Shown here piece by piece: positions 14,733 through 25,450 of a stretch of 64,000 nt of DNA; within the stretch, counting starts at the first letter, position 1, and every line of letters starts with the position of its first letter. The position numbers and the translations under genes are program-made. Source of the DNA: Selaginella moellendorffii (taxonomy: Eukaryota; Plantae; Lycopodiophyta). Under the pieces are notes generated by a model, which was not told the origin of the DNA, searched no databases, and saw only the letters and a list, made by a program, of their open reading frames with translations. Location: NCBI RefSeq assembly GCF_000143415.4, contig NW_003314316.1:1010177-1074176 (forward strand). The letters run 5' to 3'.

Positions 14733-15698
14733 GGTTATGCAAGTTGGGAGTGGAGTGCAAGCAATAGGTGCTCAAGCATGTTGTTGCTAGCGATCGGGAT
14801 GCCATGGATAGTCTAAAACATGGGATAGTCCATATTAGACTATATGGCTATTGAAAAGCTTGCGAAAGGAGAGACCTTAGCAAGCTAAGGAACAAAGTTC
14901 CTTGAACGTTCCCCTAGGTAGATAAGTACCTAGACATCCAAGTGTAAATGGTTTATAGAGCGCGCGAAATCAGAGTGGCATAGCAAGAGCGTGGTCTTGA
15001 AGCTTGCCATGATGTGAGGCTATCAAGGTTAGGGAAGTAATTCCCAAGTGTTCAAAGAGAGGGCTTTGAACGAAAGTCGATGGTTAAAGACTTTCACGCT
15101 TATGCATGAACTATGTTACGGTGGCCGGATGACTTGCTAAGTGAGATTGGCAAGTCGAGGGAACGAATACCCTAGTTGAAGGAGCCAACTTCAAAGGGGT
15201 GGCCCATAGGCCAAGCATGGAGGAGTCCATGCATGATCACAGACTTGTCAAGTGAGAGGACTTGGCAGTGCAATGGAACTAGGTTCCTAAGCTGTGATTT
15301 GTAGCGTGCTTTAAGTATAAATTGGTGCACCAGCGTGGGGAGACACGCCAGGCATCCTGTGTGATGCCGTCTGTAGATGCATATACGGAGGTTGGGTTCG
15401 AGTCCCGACCCTCTAGTGCTTGGGTTCGAATCCCAACTCACTAGGGCGTGGTGATGGTTTAGAATATGAGGACACTCATATTTCGGTGGTCATGGACTCT
15501 CAGTGGGGAGACTGGCTTGGGCACACCGCCAAACGGGGGATGCTCCGGAGTCGTGATGCACGGTTAAATTGCTTAGTGTGGCTCAGCATATCTAACTTGA
15601 ACACTTTGGTGCGAAGGGCACCAAGGATGTGGTGAATGAGATGGGGACATCTAGTCTCAGTTACTATGGACCTTGGCCGGAAGGGAGATCCACACCCG

Positions 15699-16328
15699 CA
15701 TTCTCGTCGTAGCAATTGGCTTGCTCGTTGCAGCCGGTGTTTCAAGCGCCGCCGACTCTACTACTTCCACAACTCGTGTCTACAACTTCACTATAAGGGA
15801 GCTTGTTCTTTAGCGAAAGGGAATACCTCTTTGCTTGCCTGCTTTTGTTTGTTGCTCCAGCAGTAGTGACACTGTCTTGCTGCTGCTGCTGCTGCTCAGA
15901 TCCGGTCGACAAACGTGAGGCGACTTTGCAACTTGAAGTCTCTTGTCACTACTGCTGGAGCAAAGTCACAAAAGCAGGCAAGCAAAGAGGTATTCCCTTT
16001 TGCTAAAGAACAAGCTCGGTACCCCGGTCTGGTCATCTTTGCAAACCAAGGTGACCGTCTTCTCATCAATGTTACCAACAATGGACCGTATAACATCACG
16101 ATGCACTGGTGAGCTCCTTCCCCGCGTAGAGATCCTTTTCTCTCGTCGTGAACTTAAGTCGCTGGATTTCTCACAGGCACGGCATCCGGCAACTCTTCTC
16201 CTGCTGGGCCGATGGACCTGCCTATGTCACCCAGTGCCCGATCCAACCTGGGGGATCATACCTCTACAACTACACCATTGTCAGGCAGAGCGGAACTCTC
16301 TTCTATCATGCTCACGAGACTTGGCTGA
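15699..16328 (+). pseudogene. Captured 5' fragment of a laccase (multicopper oxidase) gene, intron retained
   Basis: Signal-peptide-like ILVVAIGLLVAAGVSSAA, then RVYNFTI, NVRRLCNLKSLVT and YPGLVIFANQGDRLLINVTNNGPYNITMHW. After a ~68-nt intron: [34 protein letters not shown]. Confidence 0.9.
15799..16017. repeat. ~73-bp inverted repeat (arms 15799-15871 and 15944-16017)
   Basis: gagcttgttctttagcgaaagggaatacctctttgcttgcctgc... pairs with ...gcaggcaagcaaagaggtattcccttttgctaaagaacaagctc, with few mismatches. Confidence 0.9.
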
Positions 16329-16415
16329 AGTGGTCGAATGAGTCTCTAAGTTGGAGAGACTATGCTCCTTAGAGGATGGGCAAGGCATGGTGAGCCTTCA
16401 GTATCAAACCATTGA

Positions 16416-16439
16416 AAGCTCTATTTCGTTAAAGTGGGA
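16416..16439. repeat. Left terminal inverted repeat (24 bp)
   Basis: Perfect reverse complement of 29884-29907 and 8104-8127. Confidence 0.93.
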
Positions 16440-16857
16440 ATTGTCATTATCCCACTTGTAAAATAAGGTTTCCAAACCTTTATATAGTATATAAATATAA
16501 CAAAATTCAACTGCATTGAGGCACATGCCATTTTATTTAAAACAAGGAAATGTCTACTCAATCACTTCTCCTCCCCCTGCCACTGCTTCACCTTTCTCTT
16601 CTCCTTGTCATCGTCATCCAATTTCTTTCCATCCTTTTAATATTGGCTCAGTTGCTGCGAGTCTAGGTGGAGCCCAAGTCCCCATTCAATCTTTACTTTC
16701 CCCTTATTAATAAAACAACTTCGTAGACTTCCAATAACATGCTGTAACACTTCTAGTATAATGCAAATCCTCTCAAAGAATTGTCTTTTAATATTAATAC
16801 AATGGCATGGAACCCCATGCCATAATAAGTTACATTTTTAAATAAATACATGCCATC

Positions 16858-19800
16858 TCAGACTGTTATTTTTTGCCTCCAACGCCTATACAATAATCTT
16901 GGAATTTCATCACTCTCCACACTATCAGGATTTAAACCCAATAGTAATGCCATCTCTTCTCTAATACGTCCATGCTCATGTTCAGTGGTCGAAGAACCCA
17001 TCCGGTTGAGCAGATTATGGAGATGCGGATAGTGTTTGGCTAGACAATATACATGCCATAAATGATGACTGGTGTCTGTCCGATCAAATGGCTTCTGATA
17101 TACCGTTCCATCTGCCATTTGGTTGATTTCTGCAGCCACCTCCTGGACTGGCCGGTTCTCTATCACCATCGCTCCAAGCCGTTTTGCAAGGTCCCCCAGA
17201 ACATACGGTTTCTTCTCCTTAGTTTCCATACTGCAAGAGATGGGGTGCACTGCATATGTGTGCGTGTTCGCTGCAGTTTTAATCGGCGAGTCATCGATGA
17301 TGAGGATTTCACTTGACCTAGCAGTCCGGTTCATCACTACAGCCTCTGGCTTGACGAAGATGGGCTTGCTACCCCTCACATGGACCATAGTCAAGCAATC
17401 CTCCTGCGTTAGGAGAAAGTCAAATGGTAATATTACTTGCGTCTGATCATGCATCATCTGTAGCAACGTTAATGCATTGTGGCGCATCATGGATGTCCAA
17501 ACTCCCAATTGCAAATTGAACTTGGCCCTCTGTTTTAAGTGTAGCATGGTCATTATTAGATCCCGCAGTTTCTCCCATGTGATTAATGTGAATTTGTCTC
17601 TTTTGACAAACTTGCGACCGCAGGCTTTGGAGGGTGCAGTGACATTCGAGGACGAACCACGCTCATGGGAGAAAAGGACACCATTTAGATCAAAAACGAT
17701 ACAGTACCTTCGCTGTGACTCTGAAATGAAATGCGTCATCATAAAACATGGTACAAGTCAATTTTACCATCTACAATATTAGCGAATGGTGCTCCCGATG
17801 GTCGTTGAGAGGGTTTTGGTCGAGGAAACGTGAAGGGTGGAAATACTCTCCTCTGCAATATGGGGTCAATCGCATCCGATGGCGTGTGGGCACATGCCAT
17901 TTCAGCTGTAGACTCTGGTACAACTGGCTCAACAGTGGCATGGGGTGGTTCCGATGGCGTGTGATCACACGCCATTTCAACTGGTGCCTTCGTTGGCAAA
18001 GTGGACATGACCGAACAGGCAGCAGGGGCGGTGTAGGGAGGTTCCAACGGCGCGTAGTCAGACGATTGGGCACACGTTGAGTCCGTTGGAAATGAGGATA
18101 TGACCGGCTCGGCGGCTGGGGCGGCCTCATGTGGGTCCAATGGCACCTGGTCACCGTCAGTTGGATACGTGGACAAGATTGACTCAGTGGTATAGGCAGC
18201 ATCAAGTGGAGCGTGGTCAGCTTGCTTGGCGTTGATATGGATAGTAGCCTCCACCAGCTCTGATGACTCTTGCAGGCAAGTAGAGTCCACTGGCGGATCC
18301 ATATGCATGTCCAAATATCTCCCTTCGATTGAGATGGTATCCTCCCTACTGGCTACTAAAAACAAACTCATTAGCACATTGAATCGACTATACTATATTT
18401 ACCATCAACTGCTATTGAGGAAATAGGACCGATATCACTTGGGCGCACTGCTGATTCTGAAGGATTGGACATACGTTTCGACCCTTGCTTGGCACTATCC
18501 TTCCTCGACACTAAAGGCTAGAGTTTGTATCTTAATTCAACTGAATAATCTCTACTTACCATTTGCTCTGCGACCTACATGGACAATGTTAGAAATGGTA
18601 AAAGGTTAGGAATGGATGTACTATTATTTACCTAATGGTTTGTCTTGTATGACCTTCCTCCCCTGCTCTTTGGCCACCTCAGGCTGGCCATCGTCGTCAT
18701 CATCGTCGTCGTCGTTATTGTGATCATCACCATTGTGAGGACCATCCAAGTCCTCTTCGTCCTCCTCTTCTTTGTCCTCCTCTTCGTCCTTCTGCTCTTC
18801 CTGCTCATTATCTTTCTCTGGCTCCTCATCCCCCTCCTGCATTTCTTCCATAGGCTGCTCACTTGGGAAAATCATCTGGCCGAGTCTCCATCTCAAAATA
18901 CAAGACATCCATAGCCTGTTTTAGTGCGTGACCTAGGACCGTATCCTCACCCGACTGTCTTAACATGGTTTCTGCACGTTCTTGCACCCTTCGAAGACGA
19001 CGAGATGAGAAAAACGTGGCCCTGACTTGAAAAGCATCCCTCATCCATTGTACCTCTCCATTGAGATTAGGGAAGGGGAGTCCGCCATAGGAATCTGAGT
19101 CAGGAGGTGGTGACTGGCTGCTTTCACTCAGCCCTTGATCTGCAATGAATGGCATGAGCACACACGCCATAACCGCGAGGCATTACCTATCATATTTTCG
19201 TTGCCCTTCTTCCTTTTCGAATCAAACGCCTCTGATCCCGACGACTGTCCAACGTGCTTTCGCTTTTTATAACCACTGTCAGTTTGAGCTTGGCTGGTGC
19301 TTGCCTGTTTTGCCTTTGAAGAAGTGTCTCCTGCAAGGAATGGCATGAGACCACACGCCATTGCAAATATAATTTGTACCTCCTTTTTTCCTATTGCTTG
19401 TCTGTTTGTCCTTCTTCGACGCGCCACCAGTGCGCTTTTCAGTCCTCGTGTCTGAATATTCACAACGATCTATAATCAAAATGGCGTGAGGCCTCACGTG
19501 ACCTTACCTTGTGCAGGTTGTGAGCTCGGCCCAACATGGGTATCTTCAACAGTAGCTGTTAACGCCGTTTCAGCATCTGGGGGTGGCCACGCTCCTGCAT
19601 ACAGAGCTTGTGAGATAACATTTAAACTTAAAGTGCGTACTCACCAAGTTCGCAGAGAAGATACTGTTTTTCTTTGGCAACTGTAATTATATGCTCCATT
19701 GAAGTCACCTCTTCAATGGAGTTTGTCACCGCAACACACGGGACACCCTTGAGTAGTGCGGCTTGAAAGAATAGTCCGCCGCAGTTGTACTCGACAACGC

Positions 19801-22443
19801 ATTTGCTCTTAGAGTCGGAAGCAAGTGACCCACCCGCTATTGCGTTGAAGACCCAGCTGAGCATTTCCCATGCTGCACTTGGAGCTTTTTCTGGATTCGA
19901 AAGCTCCATAGCCGTCTTCAGTTCCTCAGGCACGGGTAAATTGACCTCCCTCAGATCAATTCGATCGGCCTTGTCGAACGAAGCTGGGAAGTCACTCCAG
20001 TCCCACTCTACTGCAGGACCAATAACAAGGGTGAGTGTGAAGATGCGGACATTTGTCGGTATCTTCTTCTTAGCCATTATCCCATGGATCTCCCGCATCT
20101 CCTTGCCTTTCAACCGAGCCTTCACCTCGTTCAAGGCCTTCCAGAACTTGTGATAGGATTCAGAGTCATAGATCATATAGTGGACTAAAGATTTCACCTC
20201 CGCAAGTCCCACCATTAAGTCAATGATGGAGCTGACTTCGTCTGCATGAGTGATCTCCTCGTTTGTGAAGTCCATCACACAAAAGATGTTCTTGACCTGC
20301 TCATCTCCGCGGGAAACGATGCTCCTCCACCTTTGATCCTCATCCGAATTCACGTATACCCGGTAAGGTTCTCGATAGGCCTCTGCTGCGGGGTCAAGCT
20401 GTTTCTGAAGCCGGCGGTCGACATCCCTCTTAATGAAATTTGGATACTGATCCAACTTCTCAGCTTTACTTTTCGTGGCATCCCGCAGCAGATCGATGAA
20501 CTTGGGGGCCCCCTTCATGTACTCGTCGATGTCTTCATTTGACAACTCCAACTCTTCCATCATCTCTTGCGTGGTGTCGATGCTCACCCTCTCCACAGCC
20601 ACTTGCTCGAAGATCCAATCCTTCAATAGCGCACGAGCTCTCAGAGTCGTGCACAAGTCCTCGTATGTCACAATATGGCCGGGAGTCATTTTGGTCTTGT
20701 TGAAGACTACCTCACCACGTAGAAGAGCATTAGCCACTGTCAGAAGGTCGTCGTCGTCTAGAGACCGCGAGAAATGCAAGGCGTTGAGCTTCAAATCATT
20801 GGGCTTCCGGCCGTCCTCCACACCCATTGAGTTTAGCAACTCCCCGTCATGGTACCTCCTCAGCACATCTACCCATTTGTCAAAAACAACTTTTGTCGCG
20901 AGTAGAATGTTATGGATGCTGAGTGTGTCATTGACCCCCAATGTTTTCGAGAGAAGACTCGAGAATTCCTGCAATGGAAATGGCGTGAGGCCACATGCTA
21001 TGCCACATGCAACGAGGCTTACCTGCCAGGCGCTAGTTGCTAATGCACGTCCTTGTCCTGGTTTTTGTGGCTTCTTCAGTTGAACCCAGAGCTTCCGTGT
21101 TCGTGCCAATGTCTCATGCAGACCCGATTTGTAGCACGTTTCTTGCTTGACATTCTGCGCGTGGGAGATGTATATGATAGATCGGAGGGGCGAATTGCCT
21201 TTTATCAGGCGGACAACTCTTGTCTTGAAGACTTTCTTCACCTCCTCGCCCACTATAATATCCACAACTATCTCTTGCATCGCCAAGCTAGAATGCTGCC
21301 CGGAGACGGCATAGAACCGGATGTTCTGATCGTCCAACACCTTCCTATTGATCAAGTCTGGAAACCTCGTCTCGCCCTTCATTGTTCGGTAGTAGGGGAT
21401 CACGTCTGCGATGTCAGGTGTTACTGGACTTGCCAGCATCTTCTGCTTCAGTTTCTCCACCCACTCATCAGATACTAGCCTGTGGTTGTATTTGCTTTGG
21501 ATGTCGATACGGCTCACGTCGATTGTATATACTTTGTTGGAATAGTAACAAGTACTATTATCTACGACGATTTTTGCTGCCTCTTCTTGCTCTTTCTGCT
21601 CTTTGCGGCTCTTCTTTTTGGTGGGTGTAGTGTTCGAACCCGAGGCAATGGCATCACCGAGTAGCTTCTTTTTTGGAGCAGGAGAGTCGGACGTCGGCTT
21701 GAGCTTGACCACCCTTTTCTGCTTCGGGGTAGTTTCCAGATCGACCCCCTTCCCCTTAGCTTCGCGAACTGGAGGCATTCTCAACGGCTCAATGTTGGAA
21801 TATAGTTTTTGAACATCGCCGTAGGTGAGGTCCGTGGATTCCATGTGATCTTCATAGACCCGCAGCGTCTTTGAAATTGTGGGCCTCCTAGACAACCTCT
21901 CCCTAGCTCCCTCTAGGAATTCCTCATAGCCGCTGCCCCCCTCCGGGAAGCCGCTAGGATGTGCAAGGTGGATCTTGAAGGCGGACGCTGTCTCTACCAC
22001 AAGTGCCAGTCCATATTCTTGCATGGAACTGCATGGAGTGTCTGTCACTTGGATGAGGATCCCCATGCATTCTTTTCTCCCACCATCTGTGTTGTATAGC
22101 CTCAGATCCTCGCCTTCCATCCCGAAAGTCCAACTGATGAGCTCCTCCCCCTTCTTTGCATCCACATTGACAGTGGCTGGAAGAAGAACGCAATTCCTCG
22201 CCTGTTCAGAAATGCACAACAATTAGAGCTGACAGATGAAAAGCTAGCAGCTGGAAATAACGTGAGGCCACACGCCATTCACCACTGCATCAGATGTCTT
22301 GAGGCTGCATCCTAAGATGGCGTGAGGCTACACGCCATCTGTAACCGGACTGCACTCAAGAGCCCAATCGGTGCATGCCAATGTTGCTACTGAATGGCAT
22401 GTGGCCTCATGCCATTTTCTACTTGGCCTAAAAGACTTACCAT
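16858..22443 (-). CDS. Transposon accessory gene, 11 predicted exons, ~1630 aa: ParB/Srx-like + degenerate amino-MTase-like + low-complexity/acidic + FCP1/HAD phosphatase-like domain; one apparent 1-bp frameshift near 18865
   Basis: Predicted exons: 22443-22441, 22201-21023, 20968-19645, 19594-19508, 19451-19380, 19330-19187, 19139-18632, 18574-18560, 18510-18403, 18355-17768, 17720-16858. All introns are GT-AG, 47-57 nt except the first (239 nt). Phases are consistent except the 508-nt exon (+1 nt). Motifs: IDVSRIDI..NHRLVSDEWVEKLK..FYAVSGQHS; IVFDLNGVLF..VWTSM..ILIIDDSPIK. Confidence 0.72.
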
Positions 22444-22856
22444 TTGAAGCCGAATGGAGGCCGTGACAATCAAGGCCAGACTCGCTGGCGAATGTGCACT
22501 GTGTGTGTAGCGGATCGTAGCAGCAAGGCTACTCTGCCACTTACAGTTGGAGAGTGGCACTGAAATCTCTCGGGACGCCAAGTGGGCTGTGTGTGGGTGG
22601 TGGAGTGGGCGGCGGAGTTGGCGGCGAAGTTATAAACTGAAGTGGACGCCGATGCACACGAGCGTGATGCGAGCGCGAGTGTGATGCAAGTGCGAGTGGA
22701 CGCCAATGCACACGAGAAACCTGTAGAGAAGGTAGATGAGCGCGAATGTGAGTGTGATCGCGAGTGGGAGCGCGATGTGAGCGCGAGTACGATGCAAAAC
22801 CTAACCTCACACGCGTGAAATCTCATGACGGTTGGTAATCCCACCACGTCATCATT

Positions 22857-23529
22857 TGTAGCGCACCTTATCTCTCTCCCCTTAAGCCAACTGGAAAAGG
22901 GGCAATTGCTTGATGAGAGAGCCCTTAGTGGCTATTTTATCCCCATTTATCCCCCAAGGTTCCAAGGATCCACGGTGACAATATATCCAAATCTCATCCC
23001 ATGATCACATGCGCTACACTCACCCCCCCTTCAGAGATGTCAATGTCCTCATTGACTATTGACTAACAACCCCTACTGAGCCAAGGGGAACCAGCACCTC
23101 CATTTCCGCACTCAATCTACCAATCCTTCCATTGTGTAGACCAGCTATTCCATGTGAGGCAACTAGTCATCCACCCGTACCGCAGTCCCACGATGGATAC
23201 CTTTGTCCGTGGATACTCCACACAAGAGGAAGGACGTACGCATGGATGTCCACTACATACGATTTCAAATTTAGGGGTAGGAATATACCTTGCTCAAGGG
23301 TATATTATATTTTAGGTAGCCACTAATCAATGGGAATCGAACCCGTGCCATTTGCTCTGATACCAACTGTAGCGCACCTTATCTCTCTCCCCTTAAGCCA
23401 ACTGGAAAAGGGGCAATTGCTTGATGAGAGAGCCCTTAGTGGCTATTTTATCCCCATTTATCCCCCAAGGTTCCAAGGATCCACGGTGACAGTATATCCA
23501 AATCTCATCCCATGATCACATGCGCTACA
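22857..23529 (-). mobile_element. TRIM nested at the same site in copy 2
   Basis: LTRs 22857-23018 and 23368-23529, TSD TCATT, same PBS and PPT. Confidence 0.92.
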
Positions 23530-24136
23530 TCATTCCTCGGACTTGGGCGCCACCATTAATTTCTGGATCGCCACGCGCATGCATGCACGTGAAATCCAAA
23601 AGAAATCCGCAACGTCATCATTCCTCGGACTGCATGCACGCGAAATCCAAAAGAAAGATCATGATTGGGATATCATTTAATACCCTCGCTATATTTATAC
23701 CATGCATGATTGGATATTCCAAAGCATCTTGTATTTCCAAAAATGCCAGATGTTCAACTAAATAAAGAATGGTATACAATGTCCTTCTTGATGACCCTGC
23801 AAAGAAGCATCTGGATCGAACACCACATGAGACCACACGAGCCTTACAATGTTTCAGGGGCATTTGCCATAGATCCGACCGTTATTTTGCTCCAAGATTC
23901 TACAGTTTGGTGTGCATTGACCTTTCCATCGACACTGCAAAGGGACATCACAATCAGATGTGGGATCACAAGAAACCAACTTCACTAACTCTAGTTTCAC
24001 CAAGATCTACGTAAGGAGTTATGAAATGAAAGGACCCTCTCTATTGAAATGTGTTTATGGTCCTAGGGGCATTGTGACATATCAAAGGATTTTACATCAA
24101 GTTCTGTATTTGCATGTTTATCAAGCTACTGAATTG

Positions 24137-24156
24137 CTAAACCCTAAACCCTAAAC
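24137..24156. promoter_or_regulatory. Telo-box-like (CCCTAAA)n short repeat between the divergent transposon genes
   Basis: ctaaaccctaaaccctaaac, also at 2374-2393. Function not demonstrated. Confidence 0.35.
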
Positions 24157-25450
24157 ATGTGGCAAATGCTGCATGAAGAAAGATGCCCTTTCTGGGCAAA
24201 TGCTGTAAGAGGCAGATGCCGAGCAGATGTATCTCAGGCTAGTGAAGGGGACAAACGAAAGCTAGCTATAAACATGACGGGATGCAAATAGATTACTAGG
24301 CTGGTCCTGCGAAAATCAAAAACCATAATTGAAAACATTGAAAATGCAAAAAGAAAGGTTTATAATATTTTTGAATTTTAAGCAACCAAAGGAATGTAAG
24401 TAGGGCATGTGTTTGTAAGTTTAAAAATGCCTCAACCACTTAAATTCCCAAGTAAATAAAGCTGTTTCTATTTTTGGTACAGGTAAACTTTATAGCGTGT
24501 GGGCTCATGCAATTTTGAACCCAAAAATGCACCAAAAAATGCTCGACTAGCATTATTCTTTGAATGGCGTGTGGCCTTATATTGCCATAAATGGACATAC
24601 ACACACAGCATAATTATTCCTTTACACGGCGAATAATCTTGGCGCGGATCGCTGACATGGCATGGCAAAGTTCGAATCACTGACATGGCACAGCTGGATC
24701 GAAGCAAGGACATGATGTGATAAAGTTCAACCTCCGACAGCAAAATCTAGAAGCTACTCAGTTTGAAATTTGTCAGAGGAATCATAAGATCTGGTTTGTC
24801 AAAGGATTTGATGTGACGTTCAAGTGTGTGTTATTTTTGAATTCTCGAACTCATTCCTAGGTCTATCATTTTTGTGCGCCGTGTTCTTGGTTCCGCTGAG
24901 CGCAGTGAGCGCTGCTTGTGTAAGCGGCGTTGTGAGCTGTGGTTTATGCGTCTACGAGCGGTTGCGGCATTGCGAGCGCCATTGCGAGCGACAGTTTATG
25001 CGAGTGGCAGTTTGTGCGAGCGGTGCTACGAGCAGTTACGGTGTTGCGAGCGGCGCTACGAGTAGTTGCGGTGTTGCAAGCGGCACTGTCTTTGGTGTGG
25101 CTACCACTTCCTCTTGATATTCGGCACTTGTGCTTCCTGGTATGTTCACCATGGAATGGCTTAGGACCACATTTAGAAATGACATGAGGCCACATGCCAT
25201 CTTGGGCCCTTGCAATTTCATGGCTAGCGTATTGTCATGTATGTTTTTACTTGCCTACAGCTGTGTGTATATCAAGATGGCATGAGGCCTCATGCCAATT
25301 TTGTGAATGCGAAATTTCACGTGGGTGTCAATAGCATGTTTGAATAATGGCATGTGGCCTCATGCTATTGAGGTTGTTTGGTATGTTATGATTTAGGCCA
25401 TTCTCCAATCATTTTTTGTATGGTCTTAACTTCTTTTCTGCACTTTCAGA

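Noticed and set aside
23520-24014. Possible third gene in the transposon centre (two same-frame 81-aa ORFs split by one stop)
   Set aside because: No recognisable motif, the first ORF begins inside the TRIM LTR, and copy 1 has a 39-bp deletion there.
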